Below are positions 8,797-18,545 of a stretch of 64,000 bases of DNA, one piece after another. The stretch is from Actinomycetota bacterium (GTDB lineage: Bacteria > Actinomycetota > Geothermincolia > Geothermincolales > RBG-13-55-18), in NCBI GenBank assembly GCA_003598015.1, contig QZKE01000079.1, forward strand, positions 9,468-73,467, read 5' to 3'. The position numbers were made by a program, and so were the translations under genes. The notes under the pieces are model-generated. The model did no database searches. It saw only the letters and a program-made list of their open reading frames with translations, and was not told the origin of the DNA. The stretch's first letter is position 1. The number at the start of each line of letters is the position of its first letter.

Positions 8797-10974
8797 TTAT
8801 TCCTCAACCACCACCCTGATACCGCCCTCTTTGTTGGTGACGCTGAAGACGGTCGATCCTTCCTCCCGGCGGAAGAGCAGATCCAACCTCGATCGGCCCA
8901 CGCGCAGGCCTTTGAGCTCCACCTTTTCCAGCCAGGGGGGCAGGAGGGGTCTGTCTATATGGAGGACCCCCTGCGCGGATTCGGGAGAGAGGCCGAGCAT
9001 GAACTGGAGAAGGAGAAAGAGACTGCCCGAGGCCCAGGCCTGGGGGCTGCAGGCGACCGGATAAGGTACGGGTTCATTGAAATCGGTGCGTTTGAAGCCG
9101 CAGAACAACTCGGGCAGGCGCAGGGAGGCCGTGCGCATGCAGGCCATGTGGATGCCTTCCATTATGTCGATAAAGGCTCGATGCTCTTCGTACAACTTAA
9201 TGCCTTTGAGGATAAGGGCGTTGTCGTGAGGCCAGATGCTGCCGTTGTGATAGCTCATGGGATTGTAATAGTATTCGCTTTCGCTCAAGGTGCGTATCCC
9301 CCACCCGGAGAACATCGCGCTGTCCGTGAGCCTGGCGATGGCCCGTTTCGCCCGCTGCGGGGAAGGCAACCCCGTGAAGAGGAGTTGCCCCCCATTGGAG
9401 GACACTACGCGCACGGGGTTCTTTGCCCCGTCCAGGGCCAGGACATAGAAACCCAGTTCGTCGTCCCAAAAAGACTCCTCGACTCTTTGCTGCAGGTTTT
9501 CCGCCTCTGCGAGGAGTTTCCGGCCTCTTTCCTCTTCGCCGAGGGAGAGAAACACCTCTCCCAGGTGCCGTTTTGCGTAATAGACGTACCCCTGCGTCTC
9601 GACGGTGGCTACGGGCATTACGGGCAGGCGACCTCCGGGAAGCAGGATGGAGTCGCCGGAGTCCTTCCAGAACTGGTTGGACAAGCCCATGCTACTGCGG
9701 CGGCTGTACTCCACCAGGCCGTCGCCGTCCACATCCCCGTAATCATCGATCCATCCCAGGGCGGCGTCGACGTTATCGCGCAAGCGGTGAAAGGTCTCCA
9801 GATCGCCGGTCCATTTGAGGTAGTCGACCATGAGGACCAGGAAGAGGGGGGTGGCGTCAACCGTTCCGTAATACGGAGTATGGGGTATCTCATTCATTCT
9901 GGCCATCTCGCCCTGGCGTATTTCGTGGATGATCTTGCCGGGTTCCTCGTCTCTCCAGTCATTGACCTCCCTGCCCTGGAACGCGGCGAGGAAAAGCAGG
10001 CTGTCCCGCGCCAGCTCGGGCTTGAACAAGAGCGCTTCAAGGCAGGTAATGAGGGCATCCCTGCCGAAGGGCGTGGAATACCACGGCACCCCACCGGTTA
10101 CGATCTCCCCATAGCGGGTACGGGTGGAGAGAGTTCTGAGGTCGTACATGCTGTGCTGGATCATGAGGTCGAAGACGGCGTTGTCGGTGGTTATCTTCGT
10201 AGTAGACCCCAACCAGGCGTCGTATGACTCCCGCAGGGCGTCACGCACCTCTTCGAATCTCAAGGCTGGCTTGTCCTCCCCGTCTTCCAGGGGAATCACG
10301 TGCAGGTCTATGGACTCCTCTTCGTATGAGTCGAGAAGGAAGAAGAAGACGACCTCGATACCGGCCCTTCCCATGCGAAGCTCGTCAGGCCGGCGGGAGA
10401 ATTCAATACGCGTAATACGGCGCATGCGGTCCCTTCCGGTGTAGGATAACAGGAGCGTTCCGTCGTTCTCTCTGGCCGGCCTGTGCACGGTACCCCTGCG
10501 CTCGCGGCGCATGCCCCGGACCTCGAAGATGTCCGCGAAATCCGCGGCAAGGCCGATGCTCAACCCGATACGGACCGGCGCGGTGTGGAAGTTACGGACC
10601 CGGCACCTCTCTATGAACCCGTCATGGATGAGCCGGCTTCTCCTCACGCTCATCGTATCCTGGGGGATGTTGGCGCCGTCCCTGGTGACCAGGTCGGGGT
10701 TGGAGAGGTGGATCTCCGCGATATAGCCTCTCTCCGTGGAGGAAGAGAGCAGGAGAAGCGGCACATCCTCGATACGCGTCTCCATGGTGGACAGGTACCG
10801 CGTGTCACGATAGTACAGACCCAGTCCCGCCCGGTTGCCGTGCGCCATCTCACCGTTTTCGTAGGTATAGAGGAAGCACTCTCCCTCCTTGAGGACGAGG
10901 GATTGCCGTGGGACTTCGCTGACTATGAAGGGCAGGCCTCCGCCTCCTTCGAGGCAGAGCGATGCGGTATCCAT
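8797..10974 (-). CDS. amylo-alpha-1,6-glucosidase / glycogen-debranching-enzyme family protein
   Basis: About 725 aa. The GDE-type six-hairpin region shows GGVPWYSTPFGRDALIT and WPHDNALI. I prefer the start at ATG 10974 (G-rich RBS) over the listed 11007. Confidence 0.75.
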   Translation of the reverse strand: MDTASLCLEGGGGLPFIVSEVPRQSLVLKEGECFLYTYENGEMAHGNRAGLGLYYRDTRYLSTMETRIEDVPLLLLSSSTERGYIAEIHLSNPDLVTRDGANIPQDTMSVRRSRLIHDGFIERCRVRNFHTAPVRIGLSIGLAADFADIFEVRGMRRERRGTVHRPARENDGTLLLSYTGRDRMRRITRIEFSRRPDELRMGRAGIEVVFFFLLDSYEEESIDLHVIPLEDGEDKPALRFEEVRDALRESYDAWLGSTTKITTDNAVFDLMIQHSMYDLRTLSTRTRYGEIVTGGVPWYSTPFGRDALITCLEALLFKPELARDSLLFLAAFQGREVNDWRDEEPGKIIHEIRQGEMARMNEIPHTPYYGTVDATPLFLVLMVDYLKWTGDLETFHRLRDNVDAALGWIDDYGDVDGDGLVEYSRRSSMGLSNQFWKDSGDSILLPGGRLPVMPVATVETQGYVYYAKRHLGEVFLSLGEEERGRKLLAEAENLQQRVEESFWDDELGFYVLALDGAKNPVRVVSSNGGQLLFTGLPSPQRAKRAIARLTDSAMFSGWGIRTLSESEYYYNPMSYHNGSIWPHDNALILKGIKLYEEHRAFIDIMEGIHMACMRTASLRLPELFCGFKRTDFNEPVPYPVACSPQAWASGSLFLLLQFMLGLSPESAQGVLHIDRPLLPPWLEKVELKGLRVGRSRLDLLFRREEGSTVFSVTNKEGGIRVVVEE

Positions 10975-10987
10975 TTCCCCCCCCAGG

Positions 10988-11075
10988 CCTGACCCTAAGT
11001 GTGCCAAAAGTACCTTCGCGATGGTGGATCGTTAGGTTGGGATAGGCACATTCCAGACCTGACCCCAAGTGTGCC
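10988..11075. repeat. two 18-nt direct repeats upstream of the glucosidase gene
   Basis: CCTGACCCTAAGTGTGCC (10988-11005) and CCTGACCCCAAGTGTGCC (11058-11075) match at 17/18 positions, 70 bp apart, in the divergent promoter region. Confidence 0.6.
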
Positions 11076-11372
11076 TGACTTGACCACTCCCATCATATAT
11101 TCACCCACAATCCTCGCACAAGAACCCTTATTAAAGGGATACACAAATAAGCCCTTGGGTCAAGAGCGCCGCCCTGCCGGTATTGACGGTGGCCGCGACG
11201 ACAGCGTTGAAACAACTGGGAACCGGTGTGACGCAACCGGCCTTTAAGTTTAACAAAGGGGAGAGAGGGAAATAGAAAAACTAATGGGCGTATACGAGTA
11301 GTAGCATGCTTTCCCCCGCTCGAGGGACCGCTTGCCGGCTGCGGTGGAATCAGCTCCAGGAGGTACGTTGAG

Positions 11373-12437
11373 ATGCGCGTTGCGATGTTGGCTCCGGTAT
11401 GGATCCCCATACCTCCCGAGGGCTACGGGGGTATCGAGAGGGTTATCAAGTTGCTGGTGGACGAGCTGGTGCGTATGGGGGAGGACGTAACCCTCTTTGC
11501 CGCGGGACCCTGCCGGACACGGGCGTGGCAGCGGATTATGCTGGATGAGGCACCCACCTACCACATGGGCGAGACCCTCTACGACGCGCTCCACGTGGGG
11601 CGGGCTTACCGGGAGATCTACACCGGCGGCTTCGACATCGTACACGACCATTCCGGCTTCCTCGGACCTGCATTCGCGGGCATGCTCCCGGTGCCCGTTG
11701 TGCATACTCTTCACGGTCCCTTCACCCCGGAGATCCGCCGTTTCTACGAAGCCTTCAAGGACGACTGCTATTACGTGGCCATAAGCCGCAGGCAGCTTGA
11801 AAGCTGCCCGGGGCTGAACTACCTCGGCATGGTCCCCAACGCGGTGGACGTGGACGAGCACCGCTACCTGGGTGAGAAGGGCGATTACCTGATCTGTGTA
11901 GGCCGCATCTGCGAGGCGAAAGGGACCGAGCAGGCCGTGCTCCTGGCACGGGAGACGGGAAATCGCCTGCTCCTGGCCGGCAAGATCGATCCCGGCCGGG
12001 ACCGCGATTACTTCGAGTCGCGCGTCGTGCCCCACCTCGACGGCAAGATGATTCTATACCTCGGGGAGGTGTCACAGGAGGAGAAGGTGCGCCTGGTCTC
12101 GCGGGCTCGTGCTCTCCTCTTCACGGTGCAGTGGGAGGAGCCCTTCGGGCTGGTGATGGCGGAAGCCCTGGCCTGCGGTACTCCGGTTCTCGCCACGCGC
12201 TGGGGCGCCGTGCCCGAGGTGGTCGAGCATGGCGTGACCGGTTTTCTGGCCGATTCCCCCCGGGAGCTTGCATCGTATGTGGAACGCATCGACGAATTGG
12301 ATCCCCTGGATTGCAGGCGGGCCGCCGAGGAACACTTCAGCCCCGGGGCGATGGCGGCCAGCTATCTCGATATCTATCACTATGCCTCGGACATGCACCC
12401 CACCAGGCTGTGGCCTCATCGTGCCCACACTGCCTGA
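11373..12437 (+). CDS. GT4-family glycosyltransferase
   Basis: 354 aa. The C-terminal EX7E region reads EPFGLVMAEALACGTPVLATRWGAVPEVVEHGVTGFL. An AGGAGG RBS is present. Confidence 0.8.
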   Translation: MRVAMLAPVWIPIPPEGYGGIERVIKLLVDELVRMGEDVTLFAAGPCRTRAWQRIMLDEAPTYHMGETLYDALHVGRAYREIYTGGFDIVHDHSGFLGPAFAGMLPVPVVHTLHGPFTPEIRRFYEAFKDDCYYVAISRRQLESCPGLNYLGMVPNAVDVDEHRYLGEKGDYLICVGRICEAKGTEQAVLLARETGNRLLLAGKIDPGRDRDYFESRVVPHLDGKMILYLGEVSQEEKVRLVSRARALLFTVQWEEPFGLVMAEALACGTPVLATRWGAVPEVVEHGVTGFLADSPRELASYVERIDELDPLDCRRAAEEHFSPGAMAASYLDIYHYASDMHPTRLWPHRAHTA

Positions 12438-12490
12438 CGGGATCAATCCTCGTGGAAGACGTTCAGACGGTATGCGGTCCGATCGACCAC

Positions 12491-13600
12491 TCAGCGGGAG
12501 AACCGCCGGCGCAGGGCACGCCGGTCGCGGCGGGTGATGCGGCTCCTGTCCGCGGCCAGGGAAGCGGCATCCAGGTCCCCCACCATGCCTGAGAGATCGC
12601 GCCGCTGCTTGAGTTCCCTCTCCAGTATCTCCTGCATGCGGTAGCGGTAACGGATATGGGGCGTGATCCTCTCTCCGGCGCTCTCCGCCAGAGATTCCGC
12701 GGCCACCCGCCCACTCTGCAGCGCCAGCCGGATGCCGAAACCCCAGGGGTCCAGAAGACCGGCCGCCTCTCCTACCAGCAGGGCGCAGCCGGCACCGAGG
12801 TTGAAATGCCCTCCCACCGCCATGCGGTTGGATGCCGATATCTGGCGCATGGCCTCGCCGCCCAACCGCAATCCCACCCGCCCTTCCAGGAAAGCGGTGA
12901 GGCCGGCGAGCTCGTCCCGCCAACCCCGTGCGGCATCGTGGTTCACCGACAGGCCTATGAGGTCACCCCTGATGAAGAAGCGGGCGATACCCATACCTTT
13001 TTGCATAAGGACGAGGCCCATCCACTCCGGGTCCCAGTCCAGCTCCCCCCCGCAGAGAACGAGCATGGTCCGTTCGAGGTGCGGGACGGCATACAGTCGG
13101 TGGAACTCGGGTCGGAGGAGACGCAATGCCATGGATTCCGCCCCATCCGCGGCAATGAGGTAGGTCGCCTCCACCATTTCCTCCCGGCCATCTCTGGCGA
13201 TCCTCGCCGTCACGTGGAAACGCTCCACCTGGAAATCCTTTACCTCGCAGCCGTCCATAACCTCCGCCCCACAGCCCGTGGCGAGATGGGCATCGAGGCG
13301 GGAACGCAGCACCGCAAGGCCGGTTCCGGGGAAAGGCAGCTCGTATGTGCCTCCACCCTCGCAGAGCAGGCGAGCGCCCCGGACGGTCCGCGGGCTTGCC
13401 AGGCAGTCCGTGGGTATGGGCCCGAAGGCTTCCTCTACGAGGCTGGCGGCTTGCGGGGAGACGAAGCCGCCGCAGGTCTTCTCGCGCGGCAACCTCTCCC
13501 GTTCGAGCAGCACCACCGTGAACCCCGCGTCACTGAGAGACCTGGCGGCCATACATCCGCCCGGACCCGCTCCCATGACCACGGCATCGTAATATCTCAA
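12491..13600 (-). CDS. geranylgeranyl-reductase-family FAD-dependent oxidoreductase
   Basis: YDAVVMGAGPGGCMAA dinucleotide fold, EKTCGG motif, and C-terminal GEAAGLLDP. I prefer the TTG at 13600 (GAGGGG 7 nt upstream); the listed GTG at 13627 is the alternative. Confidence 0.75.
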   Translation of the reverse strand: MRYYDAVVMGAGPGGCMAARSLSDAGFTVVLLERERLPREKTCGGFVSPQAASLVEEAFGPIPTDCLASPRTVRGARLLCEGGGTYELPFPGTGLAVLRSRLDAHLATGCGAEVMDGCEVKDFQVERFHVTARIARDGREEMVEATYLIAADGAESMALRLLRPEFHRLYAVPHLERTMLVLCGGELDWDPEWMGLVLMQKGMGIARFFIRGDLIGLSVNHDAARGWRDELAGLTAFLEGRVGLRLGGEAMRQISASNRMAVGGHFNLGAGCALLVGEAAGLLDPWGFGIRLALQSGRVAAESLAESAGERITPHIRYRYRMQEILERELKQRRDLSGMVGDLDAASLAADRSRITRRDRRALRRRFSR

Positions 13601-13714
13601 TACACTACCCCTCAGGTCTCCACGCACTGCTCACTATTATGCCCTCGGGCCGCGCGCTCGTCATCAGGGATGCCCGGCGCCGCAGGGTTGCGAAAAACGA
13701 GTATACTAGTGCAA

Positions 13715-14587
13715 ATGATCGTCGATATACACACCCACGTGGGAGATTGTATCAACGGCGGAGGGCTGTCGGAACCCTACGACCGGCCTCCCCGCCTCCT
13801 GTCCGACCTGTTCGAGACATCGGGATTCCGGCTCATGGGTGGGAGGCGACTCTTTCCCCGCTTCTCCCGCTACGTGGAGATCATCCACAACCAGGAACGC
13901 AACAACCTGGGTACCCCCGAGAACATTCTCGCGTACATGAACCGCTTCGGGATAGACATCTCCGTACTCCAGCCCATCGAGCCGGTCCGCTCCACCGAGG
14001 ACAACCTGGCCCTGGTCGGCGAGCGCCTGCGGACCTTCGCCTCGGTGCATCCCCTGCATGAGGGATGGGAATCGCGGCTCGAGCGCTACATGGAAACGGG
14101 TTGCCTGGGGCTGAAGATCCATCCCATTATCCAGAGGCTGTCTCCCGGAGAGCCCGCGGTCTTCGACCTGCTCGAGGCATACGCGCCGCATGGCCGGCCC
14201 GTGCTGCTGCACGCCGGGGAGAGCTCCTATTTCCTGAACGAGCGCTCCCCCTCACGCTTCGGCCGTATAGGCGACTGGGAAGCGGTCCTCTCCTCCTTCC
14301 CGCAGGTAAAGTTCATCGTCGCCCACACAGCCATGGAGGGGTGGAAAAAGGCTATAACCTCAGGGGAGAGGCTGCCGAACCTTTATGTGGATACCAGCTT
14401 CCAATCCGTCTCACACGTGCGCGAAGCCCTGCGCAGCCTGGGGAAGGAGCGGGTGCTCTTCGCCTCCGATTGGCCGTTCTCGCTGCAGAAGGCACCATTG
14501 CGGGTGATCGCTTCCGCCGCCGGGGGTGATGCCGGTTTGCGCCGCGCCCTTCTCTGTGACAATGCCCACGCGGTCCTGGGACTGTAG
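13715..14587 (+). CDS. amidohydrolase-2 (TIM-barrel metal-dependent hydrolase) family protein
   Basis: Only the last 290 codons of the listed 643-aa ORF are credible. They read MIVDIHTHVG (HxH metal site), ...LHAGE..., ...VAHTAMEG... and ...FASDWPF. The upstream 353 codons are antisense to the reductase gene. Confidence 0.7.
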   Translation: MIVDIHTHVGDCINGGGLSEPYDRPPRLLSDLFETSGFRLMGGRRLFPRFSRYVEIIHNQERNNLGTPENILAYMNRFGIDISVLQPIEPVRSTEDNLALVGERLRTFASVHPLHEGWESRLERYMETGCLGLKIHPIIQRLSPGEPAVFDLLEAYAPHGRPVLLHAGESSYFLNERSPSRFGRIGDWEAVLSSFPQVKFIVAHTAMEGWKKAITSGERLPNLYVDTSFQSVSHVREALRSLGKERVLFASDWPFSLQKAPLRVIASAAGGDAGLRRALLCDNAHAVLGL

Positions 14588-14818
14588 GGATGGATGGGGT
14601 CATCCCCGGAAGAAAAGGCATTCGCGATGACGTCTCGGGCCGGCGCGTTTCACGTCATTGCGAGGAGCGCAGCGACGCGGCAATCTCCTCCGGACGCCGA
14701 TTATGGTCCGAACGAGATCGCTTCGCTGGCGGTCGCGATGACGTTGAACATGCGTTCGCGATGACTTCGATAATGTAAAATGTCCCATGTCCGGGGCTGA
14801 CCCCATCCTATACATCCC
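14587..14818. mobile_element. MITE-like 232-bp element carrying GTCATYGCGA-type repeats
   Basis: Terminal inverted repeats: GGGATGGATGGGGTCA (14587-14602) versus TGACCCCATCC-tatac-ATCCC (14798-14818). Inside are GTCATTGCGAGGAGCGCAGCGACGCGGCAATCTC (14654-14687) and three reverse-oriented GTCATCGCGA copies. The element fills the gap between two gene ends and has no coding capacity. Confidence 0.45.
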
Positions 14819-14844
14819 TTGGGAAACAGAACGAGCGTTGTTCT

Positions 14845-15600
14845 TTATGGAGGGGGCGGCTGGTAGCGGAAGTCTTCGTACCACATCATGGGCTGGTCGG
14901 GGCCCCGGGTGAGCAGGATCCACAAAGCGGAGAATACACCCTTCATTCCCGACATGGCGAGCCTGGCCTGCAATCCCGGTACGATCAGCACGGGTGGAAA
15001 CTCGCCGGGTGTCGCCTGCGGCGAAGCTTTGTTCGCTTCCCGGCGCGCGAGAGGAAGCTCTATGGCGGCCAGGCAGCAGGGATCGCCGCGCGAGAGCAAT
15101 TCCGTGATCTCGGGAACCTTGAGGTCGGGGTTGATCACGGAGAAGGTTCCCGCCTCCATGGCTATCATCAAGCAGGTGCATACCTCCGGGCATGCGGCAA
15201 GTTCCCTCGCCGCGGGGCAGTACCTCTCCTCCTTTACGGCCCTGCCCCGCGTCTCCTCCGTCCATACGCCCCTCACGCCGACCAGGCCGTCTTCGAAGTC
15301 GAGGACACGACCCAGGCTGCGTGCGTCGTAGGGGTCGATGTGCAGGTCTTCGAGGAGGATGGGAGCTCGCTCCTCCCCGATGCGATAGAAGACGAACTGC
15401 AGGGCCCGCACTCCCTTTTCACCGTAACGGCCGTGCAACGCCGGCAGCAGCCTGGTGAGTCCACGCATCATCAGGCGGAGGGGGATCTCGCGATGCCATG
15501 CGGGATCCAGCAGGTCACGCGGGCGGGGGTGAAAAGACCTCACCGCCAGGCCGTAGAGCAACCCCGAAATCAACAGCGATCTCTTGGCCCTCTTGAACAA
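14845..15600 (-). CDS. hypothetical protein, possibly L-2-amino-thiazoline-4-carboxylate hydrolase-like
   Basis: 251 aa. The Cys pattern YCPAARELAACPEVCTCLM...GDPCCLAAI resembles my recollection of the ATC-hydrolase family. This call is weak. Confidence 0.35.
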   Translation of the reverse strand: MFKRAKRSLLISGLLYGLAVRSFHPRPRDLLDPAWHREIPLRLMMRGLTRLLPALHGRYGEKGVRALQFVFYRIGEERAPILLEDLHIDPYDARSLGRVLDFEDGLVGVRGVWTEETRGRAVKEERYCPAARELAACPEVCTCLMIAMEAGTFSVINPDLKVPEITELLSRGDPCCLAAIELPLARREANKASPQATPGEFPPVLIVPGLQARLAMSGMKGVFSALWILLTRGPDQPMMWYEDFRYQPPPP

Positions 15601-15714
15601 GATAAATCACCCGCCTTCCAGTTCAGCCCCTCCCAGGACCCGCGCTTCGTGCGAGTAACCGGAGTATCGTAATCCGCTCTCTTCAACGGTTTTCGAATTC
15701 CGCCGCGTGACCCG

Positions 15715-16818
15715 TCACTGGGTCAGGGGGCGGTTGACGTCTATTTCGACGATCGCGCCGGAAGCAGAGTTGAAGGCGAATACGATCCCCTTGGCATTGT
15801 ACTCCATGATGGTCAACTCCTCGCCCTGATGCATCAGGCTGGTCTGCCTCTCGGGCGATCCGAACTCTTTCATCGCATCGGCGGAGGGCGAACCTATGCC
15901 CACGCCCATGGGCGTCTTTCCCTCGTAGGGATGGCGCACGCTTATGGACACCACGATATCGAAATCCCCCAGGGAATCGTTCTTGTCCATATCCTCCATG
16001 TAGACGTTCATCTTCCAGGTGCCGTATCCACCGGTGTAGGTGGCGAATACCAGGCCTTCCGTAGTGGAGCCGGTGCTGTCCGGCCCACCATATTTTTCCT
16101 TGACGGTGCGGAACTCATCGCCTACGTTTATTCCCGCCGCCGTCTGCCCGGGCACGATGGGTGCGGACGAGTATACTCCGAAGAGGCCGCCCTGGGCGTC
16201 GTCCGTACCCTCCTCCTCCTCAACGGGCCGCAAGCCGCCGTAGGCGGTTACGAGCACGGTTATAGCGCCGTCCGGCGGCGATATGAGGAACTCGACTCCC
16301 TTCTGGTCGTAGTAATAGAGCTGGATATTTTCACCTTCCGGTCCCTGTGTCTCGGAAATACTCTCGCAGGGTCCGAACTCACCCTCCACGTCTCCCGGCG
16401 AGCTCCCGATCCCCACCCCCCCGGAAGTCGTACCGTAGTAGGGTGTGGAGACCTCGATGGCCCCCACTTCGTCTTCGGCATCGAGGTAGCCGTTGCCGTT
16501 ATCATAGAGGGTGACCACCATGCGCCAGGAGGCGGGATCGTCTATCCTGCCCCCCTCACGGGTTCTGGCGTAGTATGCATACAGGTAACCGCCGTCCTTG
16601 AGTTTCTGTTCGGGTTCACCGTGTATGTCGAGCACCGCCTGGAAGGGGTCGCCGATGTTCACGTCGGCCATGGAATATCCGGGGACGATAGGGTCGTGGT
16701 CCCACGCCGACAGATCCTCCCCGCCGCCGCTCCCACATGCCGCGATGCCGGTGGCGATCACCGCCAGCGCCGCCAGGAACAAGCAGGCCGAGGCCGGTTT
16801 CGAAACATCTTTTTTCAT
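15715..16818 (-). CDS. hypothetical lipoprotein with internal domain repeats
   Basis: MKKDVSKPASACLFLAALAVIATGIAACGSGG gives a signal peptide plus lipobox. A module repeats (PIVPGYSMADVNIGDPF.., APIVPGQTAAGINVGDEF.., MGVGIGSP..). Confidence 0.7.
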   Translation of the reverse strand: MKKDVSKPASACLFLAALAVIATGIAACGSGGGEDLSAWDHDPIVPGYSMADVNIGDPFQAVLDIHGEPEQKLKDGGYLYAYYARTREGGRIDDPASWRMVVTLYDNGNGYLDAEDEVGAIEVSTPYYGTTSGGVGIGSSPGDVEGEFGPCESISETQGPEGENIQLYYYDQKGVEFLISPPDGAITVLVTAYGGLRPVEEEEGTDDAQGGLFGVYSSAPIVPGQTAAGINVGDEFRTVKEKYGGPDSTGSTTEGLVFATYTGGYGTWKMNVYMEDMDKNDSLGDFDIVVSISVRHPYEGKTPMGVGIGSPSADAMKEFGSPERQTSLMHQGEELTIMEYNAKGIVFAFNSASGAIVEIDVNRPLTQ

Positions 16819-16824
16819 TGCGGT

Positions 16825-17397
16825 CTATGCTCCAAGTTGTTCTGCCGCGCGTTCGTCCGCGCCGCCACGCCGCAAGTAGGAAACGGGGATATCCAAAGCG
16901 CTCTCGATGCTCTTGACGATGAGAAAGGCCTTGATGCGGTTGTCGGAGGGAGCGCCGGTCATGCCGGAGCGAAAGAGCTTCAGACGTTTGCCGTTCTTCT
17001 GTATCAGGTTTACGCGTACGTAATAGGAGAGGTCGCGTTTCGAGCTCCTGTCCCCTTCCGGCGCGGGAACGTGCGGCGACTCGACCACCTCCAGCCCTTG
17101 CAGTTTCTCCCGGCTCAGGCGCCGCCGCCTGGGTATGAAATAGTGGTAATGCTCGACTGTGAGTTCATGCGCGGCGGGGTCGACGATGACGTAGGTAGGG
17201 GAGGAGAAGATGGTGAACATGCTGTAGAAGAGTAATACAACGCAGCAGATACCCAGGACGATGCGCATAGTCCCCAGGGTGGCCAGCACCGCGCAGGTTA
17301 CGGAGACGTAGAAGAGCAACGCGTGGGTAACCTCCCAGGCACCTCCCCGGATCTCGAACTCCATGCGTTGGCTGCCGCTCGCGTCCGCCTCTGTCAT
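16825..17397 (-). CDS. hypothetical membrane protein
   Basis: 190 aa with two hydrophobic helices near the N-terminus and a basic soluble C-terminal part. Its stop lies 7 nt before the start of the lipoprotein gene. Confidence 0.55.
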   Translation of the reverse strand: MTEADASGSQRMEFEIRGGAWEVTHALLFYVSVTCAVLATLGTMRIVLGICCVVLLFYSMFTIFSSPTYVIVDPAAHELTVEHYHYFIPRRRRLSREKLQGLEVVESPHVPAPEGDRSSKRDLSYYVRVNLIQKNGKRLKLFRSGMTGAPSDNRIKAFLIVKSIESALDIPVSYLRRGGADERAAEQLGA

Positions 17398-17500
17398 CTT
17401 TCCTCCCGGTCCGTGATGTGTATCTCAACAGCTCTACAGCAGCAATTATAACCCAAGTGGGAACGGCTTCCTGCAAGCCGGGATGCGCATGCCGCCCGGA

Positions 17501-17755
17501 TCAGGCGTCGGTGACCTTGTACACGACATCGTGTTCGCGGGCATGCCCCTCCACCTTGATGCCGATCACATCGCCGGGACCAGCCTTCTGCACCTGGTCA
17601 TGTTCGATTTGCATGGACGATACATCCTGGGTCCAGTCCGAGGTATGTCCCTTGACATGTATGGTGTCACCTACGTTCAACTCGTCCTCGAGTTCGATGG
17701 CGGCGACATTTATCTTCGCGAAAAAGTGAGTGATCCTGCCGACCTGCTTCTCCAT
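17501..17755 (-). CDS. small EF-Tu-domain-2-like (translation elongation factor-like) protein
   Basis: 84 aa. GDTIHVKGHTSDWTQDVSSMQIEHDQVQKAGPGDVIGIKV resembles the beta-barrel domain 2 of translational GTPases. Confidence 0.5.
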   Translation of the reverse strand: MEKQVGRITHFFAKINVAAIELEDELNVGDTIHVKGHTSDWTQDVSSMQIEHDQVQKAGPGDVIGIKVEGHAREHDVVYKVTDA

Positions 17756-17959
17756 GGTTCACCTCCTTCCCGACCCCAATAGCATCGACGCCCCCGGAAC
17801 CCGGCCAGTTCCCAATCGAAGAGCCGTCTGCGGGCGCCCTATGCCATTTTTCGTGGGAATGCGCCTCGAATCCTGCGACGCGGTCCAGCGAGCGTTACTG
17901 CCGTGCCATACGCAGAGGGGCGTTATATAATATTACGGGGCGCGTAGCGAGGAGGCGGT

Positions 17960-18253
17960 ATGAGCGGTAACGATGACTCCAGGGAAGCGGTACTGCGCAG
18001 GCTGCACCGCGTGGAAGGGCAGGTGCGCGGGATAATCCGCATGGTCGAGGAGGGGAAGGACTGCGAGGATGTCCTCACCCAGGTCGCCGCCGCACGTTCC
18101 GCCATGAACCGCATCGGAATACACATCATCACCCACCGCATGAAGGAATGCTTCGAGGATAATCCACCAGATTCGCCGGAGGACGCCATTGGGGAAGCCA
18201 TCGACGTTTTCCTCCGTTTCAGCTCGAGCATCGGCCCGGTAACCCCGGAATAG
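17960..18253 (+). CDS. CsoR/RcnR/FrmR-family (DUF156) metal- or thiol-sensing transcriptional repressor
   Basis: 97 aa. LRRLHRVEGQVRGIIRMVEEGKDCEDVLTQVAAARSAMNRIGIHIITHRMKECF shows the typical helix pattern with sensing Cys (KDC) and His/Cys (THRMKEC). A GGAGG RBS is present. Confidence 0.85.
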   Translation: MSGNDDSREAVLRRLHRVEGQVRGIIRMVEEGKDCEDVLTQVAAARSAMNRIGIHIITHRMKECFEDNPPDSPEDAIGEAIDVFLRFSSSIGPVTPE

Positions 18254-18481
18254 GGGATCAACCGTTCAATCGACACATGGGGCCGGGTGCGCACGCAAGG
18301 AATATAACCTCGATCCAACTTCACCCTGCCGGGCCGCTTCATCCTTATAAGTCCGCATCCTGGCCTGTTCCCCTGTTCTCCTTATCATCCAGCCTCGTCT
18401 ATTCCGATCGCTTGCGGGCGGCATTCCTGGCATAGGCGGTCAACATGCCGGTAGGCGCCGTATGATTTAGATCGTATCGTT

Positions 18482-18499
18482 TATACCCCTATGGGTATA
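18482..18499. promoter_or_regulatory. candidate CsoR-family operator
   Basis: TATACCC-CTAT-GGGTATA is a perfect 7+7 inverted repeat about 45 nt upstream of the ATG at 18546. It overlaps a TATAAA -10-like hexamer. Confidence 0.6.
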
Positions 18500-18545
18500 A
18501 ACTCTCCGCATGGATTAACGCTGGTTTCTTTCCTGGAGGTAGGCT

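Noticed and set aside
12656-13714. N-terminal 353 codons of the listed 643-aa plus-strand ORF.
   Set aside because: This part is antisense to the geranylgeranyl-reductase-like gene and has shadow-frame composition. The amidohydrolase signature (MIVDIHTHVG) begins only at 13715.
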